A DNA stretch of 63,842 nt, filler included, from Sphacelaria rigidula (taxonomy: Eukaryota), in the NCBI GenBank assembly GCA_964200075.2. It is 6 parts of 6 records of this genome, joined end to end, with 100 filler letters (N's around TTAATTAATTAA, not from the genome) between each part and the next. Parts side by side here need not be neighbours in the genome. Positions count along the whole stretch, not along the records: positions 10,660 to 21,217 come from CAXNAA020006278.1; positions 21,318 to 31,874 come from CAXNAA020006279.1; 4 more parts are not named here. One strand, written 5' to 3'. The position numbers and the translations under genes are program-made. This document shows positions 13,124-24,569 of the stretch, in pieces. Below the pieces are notes generated by a model. The model did no database searches. It was not told the DNA's origin and saw nothing but the letters and a program-made list of their open reading frames with translations. The stretch's first letter is position 1; each line of letters starts with the position of its first letter.

Positions 13124-13351
13124 CGTCGTGATACGGAGAGCCGAGAAATAGAAGGGATGACTGACCGGCGAGGTATATGAACAGTTTCAACACATGATGT
13201 TTCTACCTTCAGCGCCTTCGAAGGCGGAAACCCTGTGGCTTCACCACATTCGCGCTGAATCGCCGGCGGTTTCCTGGTCACAAGCTCATTACTGGTGTGT
13301 TGTTTGGTCGACAACACCTTGTTTGACTCCACGTCACCTACGGTAATTACA

Positions 13352-15571
13352 CTACCACTGAAGACGGGACCAGGAGCAAAACGAAATATCCTCACCTACA
13401 CTTTTCTTGTCGGCAAACGGTTGGGCTTCCTCGCACCAGGAGCCGCCATCGATGGCGCCACAGTTCTTAACAAAACTGCCTTCACGGCGGCGGCGCCCAT
13501 CAAGCATCGTGGCGAATTTCTGCTTTCGCCTTAGGCGGCGCTTCGCGCTAAGCTCTCTTTTGTCGGCAGTCGCTTGAGCTCGCTTTACTCCCTGTTGAAG
13601 CCGTGCTTTTCTCAGTCGTTGAAGGGCCCGCTTTCGAGCCTGCTCGCACAGATGCTGGTTTTCTCTCACGACTAACATCGCTGACACGTCGGGCGCCCGT
13701 GGTTTCGATGACACACGCCGAATATTCCCGACCATTACATCGATAGCAGTTTGTCCGTCGACATCACAGGGTCGTGCTGCTGAGGTGGTGCCGGGGGAGG
13801 TGACACGGCCTATTGAAGAGTTGTAGGTGGTACCTTTGACCGTGCCATCACCCGGGGAAGAGACTTGATTTTCCTCTTTCAATAATAACCCCGTAGGGAC
13901 TGACAGACAGCGGTGGTGCGTTCGATTGGCGTCATCTTCCTCGTCTCCAGCGGTAGGCATCGATGCGAACGCACTCCTTCGCACCCCCCCTTTGACGCTG
14001 GGAGAAGATAAGGGGGAACTGTGGGGACACTTTTGTTTACGTTGGTCATCTCTGCCTTTGCTAGTTATAGAGACATGTATTCCGTCCATCACGGCTGCAT
14101 CGACTTCACAACACGACCAAGCGTCCGTGCAGGTCAGGGACACGCCAGGAAACGACGGTTTTCTCGCAAACATACACCCCTCAGCCCACTGCTTCCTTTC
14201 TCGTCCTTTGCTGACATCAGCTGGTGTTTCCTTGATACCAGGTTTCTGCCACGGAACTGTTCTCACTCCTATCTTCTCGAACCTACCATCACCGCTCTCC
14301 ACCACATTCGTAATGTCTTGGTGACCTACATCATTACCCAGTGGGCATGGCGCAGGCGACGTCGGTGGAGGTGAAGGTGGAGGTGGAGGCGATTGCCTCA
14401 TCAACACCTGGGAGTGTACACTCTTAGTGCCGATCGTCGTCATTTGACATTTGTCATCCAACGTCGGCTTGCATTCAGCCAATTCCATCGCCTTATCTAG
14501 CTCGTCGCCTGTGTTGGGTGTGCCTCCATTGAGGAATGACTGATTTGTCCAGCATACACCGGTCATGCGAGACCCCTTTCCCACAATTCCTCCACTCACA
14601 TCTAGATCATTCGAACGGACGCTATTCGTCGGACTCGATAACGCGCGGTCTATCCGCCCCACGCGGAGCACGTCACGACCATTTGGTTCCTTTCTTCTCC
14701 CGGGCAAATCCAGCACACCATCTGCGCGGGATTCTTTGACCGTAACATGCTGTATGCCCCCGGTAACCTTGTCGCAGTGGTCGTAACCTTCCTCAGGACG
14801 AGACATAGTCAACATCATTCCGCCCGAATCTCCGGCTTCCTCTCTGGCAATCCTTGGCGCATTCGTCGGTGGCGAAATTGATGAATGTCGCGGAGATAGG
14901 GTCTGCTTTACTTTTCGGGGCCATCTTGCTAGGCGACCGACGGCCACCGCCCAGTCTACTTCTCTTCCCATGGTGTCGGAGCTGAATGATAATCTACATG
15001 CATCTATCACGGCATCCTTAGCAGCAGCAATCATCAAGAGGCAATCATCCACGACGGCGGCGGCGCCTATCGCCTCAGCCAACGCAAGAAGGGGCAAAGC
15101 GTCAGCAGCATCTATTTCGAGCGCCACTGCAGGATGCAGCTTGCGTCGATTCACCTTACAGACGGAACAGCACGAGTGCATTGACCTTGTCTTCGAGGCG
15201 AAGTGGATGTCGTGGCATCCCCTCAGGCAAGTGCAGCGCACAGGTGGGTGAACACTTCCCACCCCGCCGCTGTCTAACGCCCTGTTGTAGTCACAAAGCC
15301 CGTAGCACTTGTCTCGTGTTATCGTGTGACACATATGATCTGCAGCAGGTCTGGCCGTCTCCAAAACTTGTCTGGCCCGAGAGACTATCGCGGCATCCTC
15401 TACCAAGGAAGAGCATACCTGTCTTGCTAATAACCGGCGTGTATCAATTGAAGCGCGAATAACAGATGGGCAATCGATTTTGTGGGAAAGATGAGAGGCC
15501 ATGACATCAGGTTCAAGGAGCAGCTGAAGAAGCTCATCACCACTGGCGTTTGACCGGCCAGTGCACCTCAC
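13352..15571 (-). CDS. N-terminal part of the same unknown protein: BTB/BACK-like helices, disordered region, basic coiled coil
   Basis: 739-aa ORF. IDAADALPLLALAEAIGAAAVVDDCLLMIA resembles the BTB-BACK junction; EQARKRALQRLRKARLQQ looks like a coiled coil. The true start is uncertain. Confidence 0.6.
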   Translation of the reverse strand: MRCTGRSNASGDELLQLLLEPDVMASHLSHKIDCPSVIRASIDTRRLLARQVCSSLVEDAAIVSRARQVLETARPAADHMCHTITRDKCYGLCDYNRALDSGGVGSVHPPVRCTCLRGCHDIHFASKTRSMHSCCSVCKVNRRKLHPAVALEIDAADALPLLALAEAIGAAAVVDDCLLMIAAAKDAVIDACRLSFSSDTMGREVDWAVAVGRLARWPRKVKQTLSPRHSSISPPTNAPRIAREEAGDSGGMMLTMSRPEEGYDHCDKVTGGIQHVTVKESRADGVLDLPGRRKEPNGRDVLRVGRIDRALSSPTNSVRSNDLDVSGGIVGKGSRMTGVCWTNQSFLNGGTPNTGDELDKAMELAECKPTLDDKCQMTTIGTKSVHSQVLMRQSPPPPPSPPPTSPAPCPLGNDVGHQDITNVVESGDGRFEKIGVRTVPWQKPGIKETPADVSKGRERKQWAEGCMFARKPSFPGVSLTCTDAWSCCEVDAAVMDGIHVSITSKGRDDQRKQKCPHSSPLSSPSVKGGVRRSAFASMPTAGDEEDDANRTHHRCLSVPTGLLLKEENQVSSPGDGTVKGTTYNSSIGRVTSPGTTSAARPCDVDGQTAIDVMVGNIRRVSSKPRAPDVSAMLVVRENQHLCEQARKRALQRLRKARLQQGVKRAQATADKRELSAKRRLRRKQKFATMLDGRRRREGSFVKNCGAIDGGSWCEEAQPFADKKSVGEDISFCSWSRLQW

Positions 15572-15777
15572 GGACGTTTATACCAATTATCGACAACGAG
15601 GAGAGCCAACATACTAATGGCACTGTATTTTACATACGCCTGTTCAGCAGAGAGACGTGAGGCAGCGTGGCTCACGGTTATATAGCCCTGTCAACGATCA
15701 GCACGTGTTTTGACGGCATCGTGTAAGTTACAAGCGCAAGAAACCGTACGCTGCGTACGCAAACGAAGCACGAACAG

Positions 15778-15900
15778 CTACGAGCTAGGCCAGCCTGGAA
15801 GCGGATTTGTAGGTTGCAGGCGAATTCCCTCCTGAATTTTGAGAGTTTCAATTTCGAATTCGGTACGGAGAACCGCTAGGGCACAATGAAAAACATGATT
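15778..15900 (+). repeat. Dispersed repeat family CTACGAGCTRGGCCAGCCT
   Basis: Also present at ~23377, 41229 and 42462. Confidence 0.65.
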
Positions 15901-16679
15901 TTGGGACCATGAGTCATTCCTTCGTAAGTTGAGACCAAAAAACAAGCTTCAATTTGAAAAACAAAACATCCCTAACGAAAAAAAACTCACAGTCTCAAAA
16001 TTATGCTTTCATCAGCAATCCTCCACACCACCTTTTGAATCGCAACTTTCAAAGCTGAGGCGAAAAATCGATATTTTACTGGCTGGGTCAGGCTACGAAC
16101 GGAACTGCATGTTGCAGGCCATGTAGCAACTCAGTTTCAAGACTTGATGCTTCGAAATTTTGTGTGGAAAATCGCAAGGCACAATGATGAAAACCCGAGG
16201 GGTACGCGTATCAACTTTTCTTCTTCATAAGTTATATGTCAAACGTAACTTTTGATTTTGCCCTTGCGATGCTCAATTTCAAATTCAAACCACAACTCTC
16301 AAACGTGAGTCTCGACATGCGGATTTCGTGCATTTCGTGCCCTTTCCTCGTAGTATAGACTAGTACGGAATAATATGCGCACCAAATCTTTAAATGCACC
16401 ACAAACTAGGTGAAGGTGAGGGTATCGATCGTTCCCCCCTTGCTCCAAGGAGCATTGGCATCGAAAATGATTGTCATGGGCTGAATATATCGTGCGGAGT
16501 TTCGTATAGTCTTTGGTATGGAGACATCTCCTGACGTCACGTAATTTATTCGACATAGCTTCAAGCAACGAGGAAAAATTGACGGCGCTTTTGAGAAGAT
16601 GGGTATCTGCCCCTTGATTGGATGAAAACAGAGTCTCATGAAAAATCGGATTGATCGCTGAAATGAGGCTCGAACCCGC

Positions 16680-17275
16680 TGGGGAAGTTTCAAACTCTTG
16701 CCCGAATAGTTTCACCAACGTAAGCAACGTTGGATATTCCCCTAGTTTGCCTTGTCGCGAATTGTTGCTCCGTCACTAAAGCCAGATGTATCTCCTGTCG
16801 TACATTCGAAACAGCTCTCACAAGGTGGGGAAAGCCGCTTTAATCAGATTGCCTCATCTTTGAAGAAGGTAATGCCGGGGCGTTTTTGGAGCCTCAAGAA
16901 AATTCGCGAAGGACAGGGAGTTTTCCACCCACGAAATCTCTGATTTTTACATCTAGCAGAGGACACTTTCTGAGATAGCCCCCCCCCCCGAAACCAGCTA
17001 AAAGTGTCACGAGAAAAATGGCCATATAGCGCCTGGTGTTCGGGTTCAGGCTGCGTGAAGCGCCTCATATTGGCGACATTGGATAGAACAAACCCAAGCG
17101 TGGAAATTCTCAGCTTCTCGTTGTGCTCGGCTTTTCCTATGTCGGTTTACGTGAAGATTTTGCCTCCCAAAACCATGCACTTTTGAGGGGGGGCTATCGT
17201 AGAAAGTGTCAGAGGGTCCTGGAAAATGGGATTGAAAATTGAAATAGGGATGAAACCCCCTCGCGAACACTCACA
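16680..17275. repeat. Repeat copy inverted relative to 18680-19110, interrupted by a MITE
   Basis: TTGCCTTGTCGCG.ATTGTTGCTCC, CGTACATTCGAAAC and GAAACCCCCTCGCGAACAC are reverse complements of blocks in 18680-19110. Confidence 0.75.
16962..17210. mobile_element. ~250-bp MITE with GACACTTTCT TIRs and 4-bp TSD (AGAG)
   Basis: GACACTTTCTGAGATAGCCCC ... GGGGCTATCGTAGAAAGTGTC, flanked by AGAG at 16958-16961 and 17211-17214. Confidence 0.85.
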
Positions 17276-17369
17276 TTTAATGCCAAAATAGTTTTACAAT
17301 CGCGAGCTTTGTCGAGTACTTCGTTCCTCTTCAAAGCTAAGCAGATGTGGAAGGTGCAACCAACTCATG

Positions 17370-17780
17370 CGGTGTACACGCGTGTCGATGACGATGCAAC
17401 GGGGAAGCAATGGCGGAGAAGAAGCTCCTCGCTCGTTGTCTTCGTATGTCTCTTCGTTCATCTATTCCCAATCGCTGGGAAGTTTGGCATCATGTTATCA
17501 CCACATACTCAATTTGCAGGCCCTTCCGTCGGGAAAACAACAATAGGCGGTTTGTTGTACAGCCCCCCCAAAAAAAAAGATCGGGGTGCCCAGGGTTGCT
17601 GCATCTTGACTGATGTATTCGTGTCTCGTCTGTGGCGCTGACCAACGACGATATCGGTTCATTTCTGCCTCCCTCCTTGGACAGGACGTGCCTCTACGCG
17701 CCACAGGACACGTCGTCGAAAAACAGGGCGATATTCCTGTCACCGCTATTCGCTTGTTGTCACATAAACACGCGCGAGCG
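17370..17780 (+). repeat. Dispersed repeat homologous to 575-945
   Basis: Reverse-complement similarity to 575-945. Confidence 0.7.
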
Positions 17781-18679
17781 ATAACCGTTCCGTCAAGATT
17801 CAATCGCGCGCGAGTGTGTGTGTGGGGGGGGTTGCGGTACACTCCTTGGCCAGGGAAAAGTAGCGAGTCCGTGTTTTACGTACTCTGCGGCACCGTACCG
17901 TACCGTACCGTACACTACGCTTCACTGCACTTGCACTTGTTCACCAGACTGCGGTGCACTAAACACTGTAGTGCTGTAGTGCCGTGCAGTGTAGAGTACA
18001 GACAGTGCACCTTACAACAGTACATTGTGGTGTGGTGAAGTACAGCGATATCGTACAGACGGTCAGTTGCACGGCACAGTAGTACAGTACGCAGCACTTT
18101 TGAAGAGCGAACCCGCACTGTTATCATTTTCCAACGTCCCATCCATAAGGTGGTGCAAGACGCCATGACATGTAACGGAATGGCAATGCAGCCAGGTGTA
18201 GCAGTTCTTGTGCGCTGTAGACTACAAATCGTTCACATTGTCTTCTTCCAGCTGAAGGAGTGAGGAACTGCACCCAAAGCAGCGTCGTGTACCCGCCGAG
18301 CATTTAAATTACACGATACACAACAAATGCGGCGTCAGGGAAGTCCTCTGATCGCGATGTCAAGCGCTGCTACTTCATGAATGGTCTACTGTGATAAGCA
18401 TAACAGTTGCGATGGATATCCCCCTTTCTTTGTTAGGGTATATTGATTGTGTACTGGCTGTGGTCGTGGTGGTAGAGGTGGGGGTGGTTCTTTCCCGTTC
18501 CGCTATGAAGTTTGAAGAGGCACATCGCTTTTCAGAGTGAAGAGATCCAAACGGGACTACAGTATAACTCTCAAAAATTCAGTCTGAAAAAGTTCAAAGT
18601 TGAACGTGCACCGTTACCGGCTATTCCTCCTTCCACTCTGACTCTAAGATGCGAATAAATATTTTCCGAAATTCTCTAT

Positions 18680-19110
18680 TAGTGTGGGTGTTCGCGAGGG
18701 GGTTTCAGACCCATTTCAAAATTTAACCTCATCTTCCAGGATCCTCTGTTATCTGTGAAAAGTTTCCAGCAAAGGTACGGTATTTCTTTTCCGAAACACG
18801 AATGGCGGCACTTTACTGTTCATGAATGGTGCTCCCTCGTTACCATTTTCAGAGACGTTCGAAAAAAACTGGACCCATTTTTCATGACACCCTACGGGAC
18901 CCAACGGCAGGTGCTCCTCTCACCTGGTGGGGGTCGTTTCGAATGTACGAAAGGAGATGCATATGACTTTAGAGACGGGAGCAACAATGCGCGACAAGGC
19001 AAGCCACGGGAAGTTCAACGGGAAAAAAAAAAAAGTTGCTTGAGTTGGTGAAAGTATTTGGGCAAGAATTTGAAACTTCGCAAGGGGGTTTGAGCCCCAT
19101 TTCAATGTTC
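18680..19110. repeat. Inverted partner of 16680-17275, carrying the empty MITE site
   Basis: The reverse complement reads ...AACAGAGGATCCTGGAAGATG..., a single AGAG where the other copy holds the MITE. Confidence 0.75.
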
Positions 19111-19512
19111 AACCCCACTTTTCATGATACCCTGTTTTAATCACCCACTCCCACAAATAGGGGTAACTCAAAGTGAATGGAAATATTTTTGAAAAATCGA
19201 GGACCCACCCAAAATTAGGGGGGGGGGGGACTGGTGCATGGGACATGTCCTGTATCACTGTGCTGCAGCATAAGCACACTCATGCTCTGTCTTGTGTGCT
19301 GTAGCTGTCGCTGCGCTGTGGTGTCTTCAGGCCTCTGTGAAGACGGTTTGATCTTCGCTGGGAATGCCTGAGTGCTTTATTATCATTGCGTTCGTCTCTA
19401 CTTTTCAATTCTCCGTTGGGACAGCCTGAGTTGCTTCATTGCCATCGCGTTCGTCTCCATGAAAAATAATGCTGTCGGCACGCAGTGCTCTGCACACACT
19501 GTTGAAATCTTC

Positions 19513-20349
19513 CACACCCTGGACAATACAATATGTAATATATATTGCCCGCTCAATATATCGAGGCGTCGGGTGGTCAACATATATTGGGCGAACAATA
19601 TGATGACACGAGAGAAGGTCAATATATATTGTGCCATCAATATATCAAGACTCGCGACATGCAATACATATCGACCGAAAAATATATCACGACACGCGCC
19701 ACCTCAATATCTATTGGCCGAGTAATATGTTGGTTCGAGAAGGCACCAATATATATTTATCGGGCAATATATTTGCTGCCACCCGAGGTCAATATATATT
19801 GACGATTCAATATACTCGACACCCGAAGCGCCAATATATATTGGGTGGACAATACACGAGGGAACCGACGGTCACAATACATGATGTAGCAAAATATATT
19901 GATCTTCAACATATAGATTGGAAAGTGTATTGGAACTAGTATTGTGGGCAGTTCTTTGTTCGCGGGCGCCATTCAAAGACGTAGTTTATATCTAATATAT
20001 ATATATATATATATATTGACCGGCCAATGCATTGCCACCCACGCAGACCCAATACATATTGACCGGTCAATATGTTCTCATCAATGCGACCCTAATATAA
20101 ATGGTAGTGCAATATGTTGTCGCCCACGCTGCCCCAATATATATTGATGAGACAATGTGTTCAACCCGATAGTACCAATATATATTGGGCAGGCAATTTG
20201 TATGCAGTCCCATGACATCAATACATATTGGGCGCGCAATACATGTGCAGTCTAAGGGTACCAATATATATTACCCCGACAATATATCGCAAAATTCCAA
20301 TATGATCAACTAATATATATTGGAAACATTTTGTATTGTCCAGGGTGTG
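19513..20349. mobile_element. Non-autonomous TIR element (837 bp, 8-bp TSD) filled with a 42-43-bp periodic array
   Basis: Perfect TIR CACACCCTGGACAATACAA / TTGTATTGTCCAGGGTGTG. TSD AAATCTTC at 19505-19512 and 20350-20357. Confidence 0.9.
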
Positions 20350-20429
20350 AAATCTTCATGGTGTGTCGGCTGTTTCGTCTCGAGTCAAACGAACAAGCGC
20401 TTCCCCAACTCATCATTTCCATGCCGTAG

Positions 20430-21217
20430 TTGATTCAGCGAGGACGACATAATCCTCGAGGACATGGTTTACCTCGACGAGGAGACGGTGAGGGAGACGG
20501 AGCACCTCTAGAACGCGCACGGCGGGCGGTATGGCGAATGCTTCACGCCGATGACGCGGCCGTCGTATCGAGGTCACCTAACGGCCTGGCGAGAATGATG
20601 AGTGTTTTAGTGCAAGTGTTTGGGGCCTTCGGACTGACGGTCTCGGAAAAGAAGACAGAGACGCTTCTGATGCGTCTACCCGCAAAACCACCACAGAAGG
20701 GGGGGCCACCAGCACCACCCCCACCCCCACTGGTCATCGAAGCAGCGGGCTAGACATACGCACAAACCACGCAGTTCCGATACTATGGCGGGCTCGTCAC
20801 CGAAGATGGCGAGCTCACACAAAAGATCAACAACCGGAGCCGAGCCGCGTGGGCATGCATCAGAATATTTTCCCGAGAACTCTTCGACCGACCGAAAGCA
20901 CCGTGGGAACTCAAGGTCCGCCTACTGAAGGCAGAGGCGACGGAGGCCCTACTGTACAGATGCATGATGTGCGCCCCACGCCGCGAACACTACCGGTTAC
21001 TGAGGACGGTACACCACCGGCTACTGTTGCGGGTTATCGGGTACCACCGAGTGCGTGGCACATACCGGCAGTTATCGTACGCCCAGGCCCTCGAGAAGAC
21101 CGGCTGCCAAAGTGTTGAGGCAATCGTTCGGCAACGGCGACTGCTGTTCGCAGGAGACCTAGCTAGACAACAGGGCGGACGACTACCGAAGCGATTGGGA
21201 TTCGGAACACTAGCGGG
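20430..21217 (+). pseudogene. RTE-clade LINE reverse transcriptase fragment, cut by contig end
   Basis: WRMLHADDAAVVSRS (YADD-like), FGLTVSEKKTE, QFRYYGG and RQRRLLFAG. In-frame TAG at 20751-20753. Confidence 0.85.
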
Positions 21218-21317
21218 NNNNNNNNNNNNNNNNNNNNNNNNNNNNNNNNNNNNNNNNNNNNTTAATTAATTAANNNNNNNNNNNNNNNNNNNNNNNNNNN
21301 NNNNNNNNNNNNNNNNN
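21218..21317. other. Artificial contig linker
   Basis: N44-TTAATTAATTAA-N44. Confidence 0.98.
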
Positions 21318-22307
21318 CAAGTACTTGGGGGGATTTTACGGCGTGCATAATCAGGGGATGAACGAGATCTCCGGTCTGTTCGTGCTTTTGGTCGGTGACA
21401 CTTTTTTGGCTCATTTTGGGGGGTCAGGCGCGCCCATAACTGTAGGTAAAGAACATGTATATATATATATACATTTTCCTGCGCTGTCTGTACTATACTT
21501 TCCCCCTCTCCTTTCACGCCCTACTTACTGTGCTGCAGAAGCTGTGCGCATATGCTGTAAGGACGCGCGTGTAATACTGTACTGGAGTTCCGGACGGTAT
21601 ATAACACCCCCATATATCAAAATAAGCTGCAGGCATCTACATTGTATTTATAGCCAGCTATCTGCAGTACATGGCGCCGCACGTATAAGCACGGTATAGC
21701 GCACTGTCCCGCATGGTATTGTACAGTCCAGTCCAGTTTATTGTTGTGAATATATATCCCCATCAAAGTACGCAGTATCAACCGCGCGATGAGATGTTCC
21801 GCTGTTTTCGTGTATTGTAGACACGGGACTACTGGTTTTTCATCTGGTATATGCATTCATATCCGAGGTATATTGCGTTCTGTCAATATATCACCTCAGT
21901 TGCAACTAAAGCTTGAGCGCAGTATGTGAGACTTGAACAGCAGAAGCTGCTCGCAATAAACAACTTCTTTCTTTCCCCAATTTCAGGTATATTGGCGGGC
22001 CAGATGGGGATTTATGATTTCGAACAGCTTCCGGCGTGCTAATTCCATCTGCTATACAGTGTATATGGGATTATCTGTACAGCTTCTGCTCTTCGAAATG
22101 AATCCTTTTTACCCTATTCCAAGTTAAGAATTAGAATATATTTCGAACAGCAGAGGCTGTCCAAATTTCAGATTTCCATTGCACTTGTGCCTTTAAAAAC
22201 AATCCGGGGGATTTCAGTGTTGCCACGGACCTTCGAGGGCCCCAAAATTGAAAATCCCCAAAATTAACAAGCACAAATAATTCACGGTAGTCGTAACGAC
22301 TATCATG

Positions 22308-22392
22308 TATAGCTTAGTGTATGACTACATGCCCCCATCAAGATTTAGTTGTGGGTTCGATTCCCCGTCCGACCTTGCCCACTCCTTTTTTC
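22308..22392 (+). mobile_element. tRNA-derived SINE head
   Basis: A-box-like TAGCTTAGTG at 22310 and B box GGTTCGATTCC at 22354-22364. No complete cloverleaf. Confidence 0.5.
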
Positions 22393-23438
22393 CCGCTAGT
22401 ACCTTGCCCGCAGCTGCATGTGAAGGGTAGTGTTTGTGCGTAAAGACACCGCACAGCATTGTCAGCAGCGATGAACCCTTCACGGGGCGAAGGAACCCTG
22501 TGATGCACAGTATTCATGACCACTGTGGAGAAACCCTGTGAAGCGTCCTGTGCTACGCTGGAAAACACTGTACAGTGGAATTCCCGCCAGAAGCACTGCG
22601 CAGGGTACGTGAACCCTGTAGACCCCCTCCACCGGGTGCTATCTGTCCACGTGTGAAACGAGTAATGACTCGTCCGACCCGTGGAGCTTTTCATCGAGGA
22701 TGCTAACCCAGAGAATTCGAAAGTCCGTATCCACAGCAAATCTCCGACATATTATTGCATTCGTGCAGATCGCCATTTGGGCATTTGCGGAGAGATTTAC
22801 TTTTATGACGTGTAACCTAGTAAACGGCTGTTACAGGGGTAGTTTTTGCAGGAGCCTCGAAACTCCCATATCTGTACAGCCGCATCTGGGACCCCAAGGT
22901 ATCAGGGATCTTCCCAACGAACTGCTGGCTATTCCTGGGGATCACTCAGACTTTGGCTTCGTGTCCGGGCCAACTTGTTCGCGCTCGTCGAGCTTTGCCA
23001 ATGGATCCACTGCTCTACTGCATATAGGATTAACGGTCTGATGAAGAGGAGGGTGCACATCTGCTCAAAAGTCCGGGCTCATGTTTTCTCATTGATTAAC
23101 CCCATGCCTAGTGATTCCTATAACGTGCGGAGATAGCGGCCATATAAAAGTCTATACGGAACCCCGAATGATATATACAGCGGATGATGACGACTTTTGG
23201 TGCAGACACTCCCTGGAGCACGTGGAAACGATCGATATCCCCACCTTCGCGTAAGCCATTATCTATGTCGAGATATGGCGCATATGAGGTTCCATACTGA
23301 AATTAAAGTATTGCGAGCAGAGGCACCAAATGCACTTCGCGTCTCAGTTTTTGAGAGTTGTGCTTTGTAATTTTGTACAAGCTGGGCCGGCCTAGACGCG
23401 GATTAAGGCTTTCAAAGCAATATCTCATAGACACAGAC

Positions 23439-23883
23439 TGTTGGAATATTCAATGTCAGTCATTGGTAACGACTATTATCTATCGCAATTTATAGTAAAC
23501 AAGTAAGAAATCATTTGAGTGTTCCAGAAATAGTCTGCGGTATATTCTGCGGTACATTATGGTTCCAGAACAAGTTGTCGGGGCATTAATCGGAGTAATC
23601 GGTTGTAATATCCCGCGAGAGTTCTAGACGTGTGCAAGTTCTGGAAGTTCATTAGCTGATCGGTAGGCTCGCACACTGCTCGCCCACCTGATCACTCCTC
23701 TAGTACTTCTCTTCTCATACTCTTCTCTTCCATGAGGTGGAGTCTTTGGCCATATAAGCGCCAAGTTCAACATCTCCATTCTCAAGTCAAGTGACGTAAC
23801 CGTCACTCTCTGCACCTCTGCATAAACTGCAGAAGACATTTGCCACATCGGCATACCATGAAGAGTGAAGCCATATTCCTCCA
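23439..23883 (+). repeat. Copia 5' LTR (445 bp)
   Basis: TGTTGGAATA...TATTCCTCCA, a direct repeat of 29904-30353. Confidence 0.92.
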
Positions 23884-23894
23884 GGTTATGAGCC
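23884..23894 (+). promoter_or_regulatory. Primer-binding site complementary to the tRNA-Met anticodon arm (half-tRNA priming)
   Basis: GGTTATGAGCC lies directly after the LTR-terminal CA, as in Ty5 and Drosophila copia-type PBSs. Confidence 0.8.
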
Positions 23895-24569
23895 TCGAGC
23901 TTCATCAATAAGCAGAGCAAGGAGTCACAGCGTCGTCAGCGATCAACACGTTCTCAAGAGGATCGGCACCGCTCTTCCAAGTAGGAGCCGGGCATCGCAC
24001 CAACGGGAACTTCAAGTCCTTCCCCATCAATCAAATTCAAGTTCTGTGGAGGTCCATCAAGATCAGGCGCGTCGGCATCATCCACGTCGCCAAGGCATCA
24101 CTGCAGCAGTTCAACGAAGTCAGCTCAAGACTACCTCTCCACGCTCATCTCGCTAGTGAGCATCTTCGGGTATCAACAAGATCGACAATCGACCGCATCG
24201 CATCGGCAAGTTCCGAGCTATTCCTCCGCATTTTCGTTGCGTGAGAGTGTTTTCGAGAAAAGAGAGATACGTCGTCATCAGCAACGACACTCAGCTACGT
24301 CGTCTTCAGCTACGACATCATCAGTTCGGCAGGATCTCCTAGCAACACTAGCCAAGAGGCAAGGACTTCGGATCCATCAAGCCTATCAACTGGCATTCGC
24401 AGTCAACACCCGTAGGTAACTCACACCTGGGTGAATCATCATCTTCTGTTGAGGGACTGTCAGTTTCTCTTGGAATTTTTCAACGTCGTCGTACGACTGC
24501 TGTACGAGTACACGTCATCTACACGGACGGCAACAGCAACAACAACAACAGCAACAGGATCACCGCGGC

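Noticed and set aside
19536-20325. CRISPR array
   Set aside because: The repeats are short and degenerate, spacers are only ~16 nt, no cas genes are present, the context is eukaryotic, and the array is bounded by TIRs and a TSD.
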